64,000 nt of DNA from a bacterium (GTDB taxonomy: Bacteria > Zhuqueibacterota > Zhuqueibacteria > Residuimicrobiales > Krinioviventaceae), in the NCBI GenBank assembly GCA_963675755.2, contig CAXXMD010000002.1, positions 1,632,001-1,696,000 of the forward strand. The letters are read 5' to 3'. Within the stretch, counting starts at the first letter, position 1. Each line of letters starts with the position of its first letter. The translations under genes were made by a program, and so were the position numbers. Positions 11,068 to 20,399 of this stretch are shown in pieces. Below the pieces are notes generated by a model, which worked only from the letters and a program-made list of their open reading frames with translations, did no database searches and had not been told where the DNA came from.

Positions 11068-11293
11068 GAACACGAAAAAAACGGTTTACACTAATTTTCA
11101 CAAATTATAGTTTGGTAAAATTTATTTTTATTAAATCATCAAGATTTTCTTATTGCTGACTTGATATTTTAAGAGATAACTTTTGATTCAACTAAAATTG
11201 TTTCCATTCTACAAAAGTTTGAAAACATCACATCTCGAATTGCTTTTATCTAAAAATTTGTGAAAATTCGTTTTATTTGTGTCATTCGTGTTC
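11068..11293. repeat. MITE-like element: imperfect ~39-bp inverted repeats around a non-coding core
   Basis: GAACACGAA...CACTAATTTTCACAAATT (11068-11106) is the imperfect reverse complement of AATTTGTGAAAATTCG...TTCGTGTTC (11255-11293). Confidence 0.5.
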
Positions 11294-11386
11294 ATAAATA
11301 TTCATGGCAAAACCAAAAGGCCTCTACATTTCAACAAAGAAAATTGATAAAAAAATAAAAAAATCTACTAAAAAATACAATTTTTC

Positions 11387-11415
11387 TTGACAATGACATA
11401 AATCATGCGTATGAT
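11387..11415 (+). promoter_or_regulatory. Near-consensus sigma70 promoter for the beta-barrel gene array
   Basis: TTGACA-17 bp-TATGAT with an A-rich upstream region. Confidence 0.75.
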
Positions 11416-11523
11416 TAATATATGCAAAACATTACGAGCAGAGGGAAGGATGCTTGTAATGTTTGTGCTCGTCCGGGGTTGTAATGCAGGTTAAAATTTC
11501 AACCAATCTTTCAGGGGTGAAAT

Positions 11524-12244
11524 ATGCCAAAAATATCAGCAATTATTTATCCAATCCTCTTTATCATTGTAACCAGTCCACTGTACTCACAAACCCGTCT
11601 GGGAATCTATGCCGGTGGAAATTATTATGATAAAGTCCAGGAACCTGCATTCACCCCTATCGATAAAAACAATCTGGCAAAAAACAGTAGAATCATTTTT
11701 GACAATGACGGCTATTCCTATCAACTCGGACTTTTATTGAAAATCAAATCCAGATTTGGATTTTCGATCGAATACCGGGGGAAAACGGACCTGTGAGTTT
11801 GACTATCCCAAAACATTTACGCCGTATGTTTATGGACCCAATACCTATTGGATCAAATCACATAGTTCAAGCTGGAATTTTGGTGTATCTGCGGATTTTG
11901 TAAAATTCCACAAATTCAGCTTGAATGCGGGTGTTGGTATAAGCCATACCAAGATTGAAGGATTTTTTAGAGATGGCTTTGTACATCCCACCAGCCACAA
12001 ATTGATTTATATCTCTCCTGAAGAAGGATATTCTTCTTGTGGATCTAAAAAAATATATCATCCTCTTTTTACGTTGGGAGTGGATTATAATATTTTTAAA
12101 AAGTTCACAATCGGGACCGCGGTTAAATACAGTTCCGGAGAAATCAAACAATGGAAATGGGGTGGCGATTATAATAAACATTTATTTGATCAGCAATTAT
12201 ACGGCATGTATTATATGGTAAATCTGGTTTATTGGATTATTTAA
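11524..12244 (+). pseudogene. Outer-membrane beta-barrel protein split by a frameshift (ORFs 11524-11796 and 11756-12244)
   Basis: ORF1 has a signal peptide and LGIYAGGNY; ORF2 has barrel strands and an aromatic C-terminus; removing one base from the G5A4 run (~11777-11785) fuses them (..EYRGKRTCEF..). May be a sequencing error. Confidence 0.7.
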
Positions 12245-12302
12245 CCGCTGGTATTTATCACAAACATCTAAATTGAAAATTTGCTAATTTCAACATCATG
12301 TT

Positions 12303-13007
12303 ATGGGTTTCCTGAGTCAGTATATGAATAAAATCATACTTTTAATTCTCTTTTCAACTTTTGTATATTCTCAAGATATCAAATATAGCTTGAATGCGGG
12401 CACAAATTATTCATCGGTAATTTCTGAATCCGGTATTCAATATCAAAACGGTATTACCCTGGGATTCAGCAGAGAACGAATTCTAAACACAAACCAATCC
12501 TCTTTTGAAATATTATATCTATATACCTTAAAAAAAAGTTCACTGGAAAATAAAACCATCAAATATGTGGATAATGGAGTTTCCATAACCCAAGGAGATA
12601 TTCACATAAAGCTTGCAACAATTGATATTTGCATGCACAAAAATTTCTATTGGAGCGTTCATGAACCATTCAGGTTCTCACTCCTGGCAGGCCCCTGTTT
12701 CTCCTTATGTATTTCAGACAAATCCACAACCTGGACTGATAAAAGTCTTTGCAGTTCTAACATAAACGATATCAATTGTCAGGATTTGAATTATGATTAT
12801 GATACCGAGAATGACAATTTATCAGGGTTTATCACCAAATTGAGTAATTCAGGATTCGGATTTGATTTCGGTATAGGATTCCATTTTAACAATCTGGCAG
12901 TTAAATTTATTTATCAATTACCCCTCTATCAGATAGATACGGTTAAAAACATCAAACTCGATAAATACTATCATGCAGTAAATATATTTCTAGCTTGTTC
13001 GTTTTGA
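12303..13007 (+). CDS. Outer-membrane beta-barrel protein (OMP_b-brl_2/PorT-like)
   Basis: Signal peptide (real start may be MNKII), AGTNYS first strand, LLAGPCFS, FGFDFGIGF, terminal Phe. Confidence 0.72.
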   Translation: MGFLSQYMNKIILLILFSTFVYSQDIKYSLNAGTNYSSVISESGIQYQNGITLGFSRERILNTNQSSFEILYLYTLKKSSLENKTIKYVDNGVSITQGDIHIKLATIDICMHKNFYWSVHEPFRFSLLAGPCFSLCISDKSTTWTDKSLCSSNINDINCQDLNYDYDTENDNLSGFITKLSNSGFGFDFGIGFHFNNLAVKFIYQLPLYQIDTVKNIKLDKYYHAVNIFLACSF

Positions 13008-13029
13008 ATTTTAAAAGCAATGAGGGACC

Positions 13030-13731
13030 ATGTATACCAGTAGATTTAAACTTTTTATTATTGTGATTTTATTTTGCGGTATAAATTCAATAGCTTCCAC
13101 CTATATTAAAGGTGGTCTGACTTTTTCAAATTTTCAAAATGTGAGTGACAGTTCTCAACCGGGTAAAACCATGGGCATAGGTTGGGACTGGGTGTTTGGG
13201 AAAAACTCTTCAATAATAACATTTGGATTTGATTTGTGCTATACAGAAAGAGGTGGAATTTTAAAGGACCGTAAAATCATTACCAATTATTATCAATCAA
13301 CCGTATATTTAAATTCATACGATTTGAATGTCAAAGTGGGTTTTATTGATGTCCCTCTAAATGCTTCAATTAATATTCCTATTAAAGAAAAGCTAAAATT
13401 AAAACTTACATTCGGAAAAAGCCTGCCTATTGCAATTAATGACAAGAGTAAATTAAAAAATGAAAAACTTTTAATGGAATTAGACAAAGGTTGGGAGCAA
13501 GATCCGGAAATTACCGAGCTGGTTGATTACGTTGACGCAGGTGAGTCATCATTGGGCTCTCAAAAATTAAAACTGAGTGATTGGCTTTATTCGATAAGCA
13601 TAGAATACTCACATATTGGATTTCAAATTCAATATCTAAATGAAGGGCAATATCTTTCTCGTGTTTTGAATTTCACACAGTTGAATGAAAAGATGCATTC
13701 ATTCAACTTTATTCTTTACCTTGTTCTCTGA
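13030..13731 (+). CDS. Outer-membrane beta-barrel protein (OMP_b-brl_2/PorT-like)
   Basis: Signal peptide, IKGGLTFS, YTERGG, FIDVPL motifs typical of the family. Confidence 0.75.
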   Translation: MYTSRFKLFIIVILFCGINSIASTYIKGGLTFSNFQNVSDSSQPGKTMGIGWDWVFGKNSSIITFGFDLCYTERGGILKDRKIITNYYQSTVYLNSYDLNVKVGFIDVPLNASINIPIKEKLKLKLTFGKSLPIAINDKSKLKNEKLLMELDKGWEQDPEITELVDYVDAGESSLGSQKLKLSDWLYSISIEYSHIGFQIQYLNEGQYLSRVLNFTQLNEKMHSFNFILYLVL

Positions 13732-13794
13732 GGTATTATAATTAAAATCAAATCCTTACGACTACAGACTTTTGATTAACGACCATTTGTACAT

Positions 13795-13839
13795 GTCCAC
13801 CTGACGGTGGACAATCCCATTGAAATGGGATCTACAGGT
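13795..13839. repeat. REP-like double-hairpin element, copy 1
   Basis: GTCCACC-TGAC-GGTGGAC plus ATCCCATT-G-AAATGGGAT then CTACAGGT; near-identical to 14665-14709. Confidence 0.75.
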
Positions 13840-13947
13840 ATGATAAAATGCAATTTGTATTGACGTTCGACCATGTATTGAGTTGTTTATAATCCATTAT
13901 CATAAATACATGTTTGTCATATTGCATTAATCATTAAAAAGGATTGT

Positions 13948-14616
13948 ATGATAAATACTGGTTTTAAAACATTCATTTTTTTTATCATTGTGTTTACATT
14001 AAACCCTGCTCAGGGCGCAATAGGCATTAAAGGAGGTGTCAATTATACATATTATAAAAATCCTGCAATTCACCCCAAAGTTGGTGAAACCTGGGGCGTA
14101 TTTAAAGAATTTCGACTTGGAAACAGATTTTTTCTCGAATCTCAATTTTGTATAACACATTTAATGGGCAATGAGTTTAATGCTACAGAAGCTGGCGGCC
14201 CTTGGGGTATGGAAGATGACAGAATATATGTTATAAATATTCACATTCATGCTGTATTTTTAGAATTTCCGTTTTTGTTTAAATTCACGGTTTATTCTCA
14301 AAATAATTTCAAAGTGAATGTAACAGCAGGTCCATCTTTTGCCTGGGGATTATATGATAAATCGAAAAGAATTATTATTAGGAAAGAGGATAAAGATGAC
14401 TTTGAAAATCAAACTATCGATTATCATCTTGCCGATTATGGAGGTCTAGCAAGCAATGGTAAAAGCTGGAATTTTGGCCTGGAATTTATCTTGAGGAAAA
14501 TATCTCTAGAATTTCGGTACAGCAATATCACTTATGATCTGGATATGCTTGCAGACCTTTGGTTCAAAGAGGAACTGACACACGCATTTATATTGATTGG
14601 AGGAATGCGATTTTAA
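13948..14616 (+). CDS. Outer-membrane beta-barrel protein (OMP_b-brl_2/PorT-like)
   Basis: Signal peptide, GIKGGVNY, FLEFPFLFK, AGPSF, LEFRYS, terminal GMRF. Confidence 0.8.
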   Translation: MINTGFKTFIFFIIVFTLNPAQGAIGIKGGVNYTYYKNPAIHPKVGETWGVFKEFRLGNRFFLESQFCITHLMGNEFNATEAGGPWGMEDDRIYVINIHIHAVFLEFPFLFKFTVYSQNNFKVNVTAGPSFAWGLYDKSKRIIIRKEDKDDFENQTIDYHLADYGGLASNGKSWNFGLEFILRKISLEFRYSNITYDLDMLADLWFKEELTHAFILIGGMRF

Positions 14617-14664
14617 AAAGATAGTTCAATTTAAAAAAGATCTTGACTTATAGTACTTGATCGA

Positions 14665-14709
14665 GTCCCCCTGGCGGTGGACAATCCCATTAAAATGGGA
14701 TCTACAGGT
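14665..14709. repeat. REP-like double-hairpin element, copy 2
   Basis: GTCCCCCTGGCGGTGGACAATCCCATTAAAATGGGATCTACAGGT. Confidence 0.75.
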
Positions 14710-14826
14710 GAAACAAAAATTTATTCCTGCATCAGTTCGCAGACACAAGCTTAAACTAACAATCGTTTATTCATAGAACCAGCGCTTTACAATACATTTT
14801 TTAAAATCGCATAATATCTACCATCA

Positions 14827-15504
14827 CTATTCATTATACTTTTCATTAAAAAAATCTATTACTTCTTGCTTGTTAGATTGTACATGATTAATGATTTGAT
14901 TGAAATCAAAGTCATTATTTCTTCTTTTTAAAAATTCCAGAAAATCTCCATAAAAATTTTCTGCACTAATTGGTTTGTTATTAATAATTTCATACCAGTC
15001 TTTTAAAATCGATTTATCAGTTGTTTGTAAATAATTCATAGGCAGCCAATAAGGTTTAAATGGTCTTAAAAATTCTTTTAAATTAACATCGAGATTTACT
15101 TGCTGATGAAAATGTTTTAAATACTTGGCCAATATCATATAAGTCATTGTTTTTTGTATTTCACCACCAGGTTCCATTTCTTTAACCCAAAATTGAATAA
15201 CTTCCTGTTTATTGTTTTGCAAATACCAAATCAATGAATCATAATCGTATTTAAATTCATCGGCCTCTTTTTTTACATATTCAATCATAGAACAATAAAA
15301 CGTTTCAGCAGACATATTTTTACTGTCTACTATGGAACACCAATCATCCCAAAGCATATTATCCAAAAGTTCTAATTCATCAAAATACCAGTCTGGCATC
15401 ATTATTAAGGATAATATATCAGCTAATTCTAAAAAATTGGTATTTTTTTTCCAATAGCCATCTAAATAACGTCCTAAAAGTATGAATGAAATCTCTTTTT
15501 GCAT
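14827..15504 (-). CDS. Hypothetical protein made of two tandem ~110-aa homologous domains (immunity-protein-like)
   Basis: Halves align: WDDW..IV..KNMSAETFY..QNNKQEVIQFW vs LKDWYEII..KPISAENFY..QSNKQEVIDFF; AAGGA RBS. Confidence 0.65.
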   Translation of the reverse strand: MQKEISFILLGRYLDGYWKKNTNFLELADILSLIMMPDWYFDELELLDNMLWDDWCSIVDSKNMSAETFYCSMIEYVKKEADEFKYDYDSLIWYLQNNKQEVIQFWVKEMEPGGEIQKTMTYMILAKYLKHFHQQVNLDVNLKEFLRPFKPYWLPMNYLQTTDKSILKDWYEIINNKPISAENFYGDFLEFLKRRNNDFDFNQIINHVQSNKQEVIDFFNEKYNE

Positions 15505-15555
15505 ATATTATCCTTTGTTACTCAATCTCATTTATAAATTGGCGACTTGGCCACT

Positions 15556-15600
15556 CCAATCCTATAATCCCTGAATCCTAAAAATCTTAATTCAGACAAT
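15556..15600. repeat. AATCC-rich interspersed repeat (other copies at 17347-17390 and 17454-17498)
   Basis: CAATCCTA.AATC..T.AATCCTAAAAATC.TAATTCAGACAAT occurs three times. Confidence 0.8.
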
Positions 15601-15603
15601 AAA

Positions 15604-15849
15604 TCAATTATCTTCTCTCTCATCAGGCAAAGGATCACGCACGTCTTTAATAAACTTTCGTTCTGTCGCACCAAACTCTTTAAAATTTATTTTAGCCTGA
15701 TTCAAGCTGACTTTATTGGCCCCTCCTGCATAAGATGGATCATTAAACTGTACTTCATCATCTTCCCAGAAACAAACTGAACAAATTTCGTACGTTCCGG
15801 GAGGAGCTTCTGACAAAGTTATATAGCCACAACAAGGACACTTGAACAT
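15604..15849 (-). CDS. CPCC-family cysteine-rich protein
   Basis: MFKCPCCGYITL...YEICSVCFWEDD...GGANKVSLNQA signature. Confidence 0.9.
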   Translation of the reverse strand: MFKCPCCGYITLSEAPPGTYEICSVCFWEDDEVQFNDPSYAGGANKVSLNQAKINFKEFGATERKFIKDVRDPLPDEREDN

Positions 15850-15979
15850 TGTTTAATTACCCCATATGTTTTTGTTTTAACAAAAATTCCATTCCCATAC
15901 CAGTTCGCAGCCCGGGCTAAAGACTCAGACTACTGACCAATCACGAGTATCGAAAATGAGAACCTCTAAAATAAATTCT

Positions 15980-16888
15980 TTATTCACTCTTATTACCCCA
16001 AATTTGTATGCCACTAATACATGTATCCTGATAGTTTGAACCATTATACACATCTTTAATGATTAATTTAACAGATTTTGTAATGCGGGGAGATAAAGAT
16101 TTATATTGCCATTCCATTATATCTGAAAAGTTTAATGATTCAGATAAACCATCAGAATAAATCAATTCAATCTCTTTTACCCGATTATTGTTGGAATACG
16201 TGCTTTTCGACGCAAAATAACCGGCTTGAATTCTCAAACCGGAAATTTGACAACTGGAATTAAAATCGAATAGTATCCACTCTCCAATTCCATCTCCTTT
16301 AGCTCCTTCTACCCAGGCTGTTTTTTCTGATCCGTCAAAAAGGTTTTGAGAACCATAATAATCCTTTTGTTGATTGGGGCCAGTTAGAACAGATGAACAT
16401 GTAATACTCGTATCTTCTTTTTTTATAATATTTTGTTCTATATATTTTTCTAATGCTATGCTAATAAAATCCATTGCTCTTGTTTTTAATTCATCAGACA
16501 TCTCACTTTTCATGATTGAATCAGCTATTTTTTTCATATCAATCAAGTCACTAACCGGATTATTAGTTTGGAATTGAAGAGCTTTTAATTCTCTGCTGTT
16601 TAATTGATTTATGATACCAAAGAAAACCTGGGGACGTCGTTCCATTAACAAGAAAAGGACTTCATTACCCCATTCACTAAATTCAACATTATTAATACAG
16701 TGATCATTGGAGAATGATTTTAAAAATTGCAGCAAATCAGCAGAATCAATTGTATCAATATTTTCATTTATATAAGAAACTACTTTGACGCAATCATCCG
16801 TGTTCTCAATTGTATGAATGGGTTGGCTTGCTGAAAGTGATTGGATCAAAATGATATTTATTATGAAATATTTGAAATATTTTATCAA
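15980..16888 (-). CDS. Secreted protein with C-terminal discoidin/NADase-type glycan-binding domain
   Basis: TTG start behind AGGAG; signal peptide; NLFDG..TAWVEG..GDGIGEWI, NNRVKEI, DTCISGI motifs. Confidence 0.75.
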   Translation of the reverse strand: MIKYFKYFIINIILIQSLSASQPIHTIENTDDCVKVVSYINENIDTIDSADLLQFLKSFSNDHCINNVEFSEWGNEVLFLLMERRPQVFFGIINQLNSRELKALQFQTNNPVSDLIDMKKIADSIMKSEMSDELKTRAMDFISIALEKYIEQNIIKKEDTSITCSSVLTGPNQQKDYYGSQNLFDGSEKTAWVEGAKGDGIGEWILFDFNSSCQISGLRIQAGYFASKSTYSNNNRVKEIELIYSDGLSESLNFSDIMEWQYKSLSPRITKSVKLIIKDVYNGSNYQDTCISGIQIWGNKSE

Positions 16889-17094
16889 TTTCTACTCCTT
16901 TTTTAAAAAAGATTCCCACTCCCGGGCCACAGGTCAAGGTTACAAATAAATGATCTATGATAATAATCCACGATATCCCCTTTTGGATGATTTAATAATA
17001 TAGCAAAAAATATATACAAGTGAAATATTCAAGTATGATGCTTACAGGCTTTAAATCCATAACCCTGACGTAAATAAAAAACTACCAATTCTGT

Positions 17095-17498
17095 AACCGG
17101 TGCTTCGATACGTCTGCCATCCGGCGAACTACTCAGCAACCGGTTTATTGTATTAATTAAGCCAGTGCCCCAGAGTCCCGTCCATTATTTGCCCTTAGCT
17201 TGTCGAAGGGCTCGCGGATCGGGATGTATCCAAGGCCCGGTAATAGTCAACCAAGTACAACTTGGTTGACAGGTAGTTGAGAACTCTCCCCACTCCTACG
17301 AAACATTCACCTAAAGCATACACTCGGGTATCATTGTGCGTTATTTCAATCCTAAAATCTTTTAATCCTAAAAATCATAATTCAGACAATGAGTCAAACG
17401 GCCCTTCGATACATTCACCTTCGCCGAACACTCAGGGACCGTTGTACGCTATACCAATCCTACAATCTTTAAATCCTAAAAATCTTAATTCAGACAAT
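17095..17498. repeat. Intergenic cluster of REP-like palindromes (CCCTTCGATA...ACTCAGG family; GTCAACCAAG-palindrome) and AATCC repeats
   Basis: 17095-17145 and 17398-17443 share CTTCGATAC..ACTCAG; 17246-17270 GTCAACCAAGT-ACA-ACTTGGTTGAC; same CTTCGATA family recurs at 49925, 52251 and within the tRNA repeat array. Confidence 0.65.
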
Positions 17499-17531
17499 GA
17501 GCAAATCAAGGTAATCCGTTAATCTTGTTAA

Positions 17532-18950
17532 TCAAGGTTTTTTAGAAAATCCAGGTTTATAGTAATACACCAACCCGCTCAAGGTCAAGAGTACTCCCAG
17601 CAGCGATGGCAGCGGTGCCGAAATCAGCGTAACTACCATAAACCAGATATGGATGAGCAGTACTATAATCAGAGTAAAGGGATAAAACGGCACCCGAAAC
17701 GGTCGTTTGATTTGCGGATATTTTTTTCTCAAAACCCATACCGCCGCAAATGTGGATACGTTAAACACTGCAGAGGTAAATGAAAAATAATCAATTACAG
17801 CCTCGTAAGCATATTCTGCAAAGGCCGCTCCCAATAACAGTACGGTTGCCCAGGCACCCTGTACCAAAAGCGCGGTATTGGGTGTTTTGTATTTGGGATG
17901 GAGTTTGCTCAGGGGTTTAAAAAACAGTCCGTCCTGAGACATGGCGTACCATGTCCGGGCTTTGCACAGTACCTGGGTTGAGATATTACCAAAGGTATTG
18001 ATCATCACTGCCGCGGCTATGAAAATCCCGCCGGTCACCCCAACCGCCTTGTTCATGGCCTCTGTTGCCACCCACTTGCTGGTTTTGATCACCTCGGGCG
18101 AAAGCTGATACAGATACGCCGAATTGACCGCCAGGTACAACAGCATAACCCCGGCTATACCCAGGATGATGGACAATGGCAGATTTTTGCGCGGATTTTT
18201 AACTTCTTCCGCAACATAGGTTGCTCCCTCCCATCCGCTGTAGGCAAAAAATCCATATCGCATGGCCGCACCAAAAGCGATCATGGTGGACCAGCTCCAT
18301 TCCTCGGGCCAGAATTGCGTGGTAAAATGCGAGATCTCGCCCGCACGACTGAATCCGAAATAGACAATCATCAGTAACGCCAGAAATTTAACAGCGCTGA
18401 ACAGGTTTTGAATTTTACCGCTGAGCGCCACACCAAAACAATTCACCAGCGTCAGCAACCACATTGCACAAAATGCAATAAGCAGTTCAAGGGTATGAGA
18501 AATATGGTTCCCGGAAATAGAAAACAAAAAAGAGTTGAAATACTCGGCAAAAACCAGCGCAACCGCAACAATGGCAGCGGTTTCCGAGACAAAAAACATG
18601 GCCCATCCGCGCAGGAACGTCCAGACCGGAGGGTATGCGGCTTTGAGATAAGCATAAGGCCCGCCCGATTTGGGCATCATGGCTACCAGTTCCGCGTAAC
18701 AAAAAGCGCCCAGCAGGGTGGCAATGCCTCCCAATATCCAGACGCCATAAAATAAACTAATCGATGCGGTAAGGAGCATAATCGTTCCGGGCGTACGAAA
18801 AATCCCGGAACCGATTATCCTTCCAAAAACAATGGATAACGCTTCGGTAAGGCCCAAACGTCGTTCGAGACCGGTTTGTTCAGAGAATAATGTGTTCTCC
18901 TCCCCTGCCGGTTCTCTGCTTTCAGGAATTGAACGATTGGGTTCACTCAC
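17532..18950 (-). CDS. APC-family amino acid permease
   Basis: IIGSGIF.TPG, YAEL..MMPKSGGPY, YSGWE...AEEVKNPRKNLP, RPFRVPFYP; multiple TM helices. Confidence 0.93.
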   Translation of the reverse strand: MSEPNRSIPESREPAGEENTLFSEQTGLERRLGLTEALSIVFGRIIGSGIFRTPGTIMLLTASISLFYGVWILGGIATLLGAFCYAELVAMMPKSGGPYAYLKAAYPPVWTFLRGWAMFFVSETAAIVAVALVFAEYFNSFLFSISGNHISHTLELLIAFCAMWLLTLVNCFGVALSGKIQNLFSAVKFLALLMIVYFGFSRAGEISHFTTQFWPEEWSWSTMIAFGAAMRYGFFAYSGWEGATYVAEEVKNPRKNLPLSIILGIAGVMLLYLAVNSAYLYQLSPEVIKTSKWVATEAMNKAVGVTGGIFIAAAVMINTFGNISTQVLCKARTWYAMSQDGLFFKPLSKLHPKYKTPNTALLVQGAWATVLLLGAAFAEYAYEAVIDYFSFTSAVFNVSTFAAVWVLRKKYPQIKRPFRVPFYPFTLIIVLLIHIWFMVVTLISAPLPSLLGVLLTLSGLVYYYKPGFSKKP

Positions 18951-18961
18951 CTGCGCTACCG

Positions 18962-20380
18962 TTATAATTTAAAGTTTTTCTTGGACAGGTTGTAGGTCAA
19001 GTCTACAATCACTTCTTCCGCTTCATCCATATCCATAACATGTTCGGAAACCAGTCCCGCCAGGAAGCGGCAGTCAATACGACGCGCAACATCATGGCGC
19101 GCGGGAATGGATGGGAACGCGCGGGTATCATCAATGAATCCTACGGTATTATAGAAACCTGCAGTCTCGGTAACCATTTCACGGAAGCGCAGCATTCCTT
19201 CGCGACTGTCATGGAACCACCAGGACGGACCCAGTTTCATAGCCGGATAATGACCCGCAAGCGGGGCCAGATCACGTGAATAGGTGGTTTCATCAATAGT
19301 AAACATGATCAAAGTCAGATCAGGATTGTTGCCGTATTTGTTCAACAGCGGTTTCAGGTTTTGTACATACTCTGTGGTCATGGGGATGTCACAGCCTTTA
19401 TCCAGACCAAACTTGTCAAATACAACCTGGTTATGGTTACGGTATACTCCGGGATGTATCTGCATAGAGAGTCCGTCTTCAATACTCATACGTGCCATTT
19501 CCATAATCATGTGGCCGGTAAACTGTTTTGCGTCTTCAGGGGTGGCTTTGCCTTGCAGGGCCTTGTCGTACAATTGAGATGCTTCATTTTCACTCAACTC
19601 GACTGTATAGGGATACAAAACACCCTGATCTGTTGAAGTACAGCCCATTTCTTTAAAGAATGCACGACGGTTTTCCATCGCCTGAATGTAACCTTTATAG
19701 GTAGAGCAATCAATTCCACTCATTTGAGTCAGTTTGTCAATATTGGATTTCCATCCTTTATACATAAAATCGGTTACATTATCGGGACGAAACGCGGGCA
19801 CGACTCTGCCGTTCCAGCCGCTTTCACGAATCGCTTTGTGATGTTCCAGAGTATCGATTGGCGAGTCGGTTGTACTCAATACTTCGATATTAAATTTTTC
19901 AAACATGGCGCGGGGCAGGTTTTCCGGTTTTTTCAGGGTTTCCTGTATTTCATCATAAATTTCCATAGCGGTTTCAGAAGTCAAGCGTTTCCGAATTCCC
20001 AATACTTCGTACAACTCGTGTTTCAACCAGTTACCGGTGGGAGTAGCGCGGTACAGGTAAAAATTGTCCGCAACGATCTGCCAGATTTTACGGTGGTCCT
20101 GCTCTGTATCTCCACCATCCACACGGGGAACACCTAAAGATTCCAAAGGAATACCCTGTGAGTACAGCATACGGAACAGGTAATGATCGGGAATGACCAG
20201 CAGTTCAGCGGGATCAGGAAACGGGGTATTGTTGGCAAACAAGGACGGATCAACATGTCCATGCGGACACAACAATGGCAGATCTTTGATCAAACTGAAC
20301 AAATGACGCGCAATCTCCCGTTGTCCGGGATCTGCGCTGAAATATCTATCATCGCTTAATTCTAAAGGTTTAACAGACAT
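18962..20380 (-). CDS. uxaC: Glucuronate (uronate) isomerase
   Basis: CPHGHVDP, PDHYLFRMLYSQG, MQIHPG..RNHN, ELAP-like DLAPLAGHYP, WWFHDS, GFIDDTRAFPSIPARHD. Confidence 0.96.
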   Translation of the reverse strand: MSVKPLELSDDRYFSADPGQREIARHLFSLIKDLPLLCPHGHVDPSLFANNTPFPDPAELLVIPDHYLFRMLYSQGIPLESLGVPRVDGGDTEQDHRKIWQIVADNFYLYRATPTGNWLKHELYEVLGIRKRLTSETAMEIYDEIQETLKKPENLPRAMFEKFNIEVLSTTDSPIDTLEHHKAIRESGWNGRVVPAFRPDNVTDFMYKGWKSNIDKLTQMSGIDCSTYKGYIQAMENRRAFFKEMGCTSTDQGVLYPYTVELSENEASQLYDKALQGKATPEDAKQFTGHMIMEMARMSIEDGLSMQIHPGVYRNHNQVVFDKFGLDKGCDIPMTTEYVQNLKPLLNKYGNNPDLTLIMFTIDETTYSRDLAPLAGHYPAMKLGPSWWFHDSREGMLRFREMVTETAGFYNTVGFIDDTRAFPSIPARHDVARRIDCRFLAGLVSEHVMDMDEAEEVIVDLTYNLSKKNFKL

Positions 20381-20399
20381 TGAACTTCCTTTCTATTAT

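Noticed and set aside
11524-16888. Integron cassette array
   Set aside because: ATTTAAC..GTTATGG after the first gene resembles attC ends but has no complementary inner boxes; other junctions lack attC; genes lie on both strands; no integrase
17277-17522. 81-aa ORF with repeated LNPKN.NSDNE
   Set aside because: It is the translation of the AATCC and REP repeats; TTG start and no coding evidence
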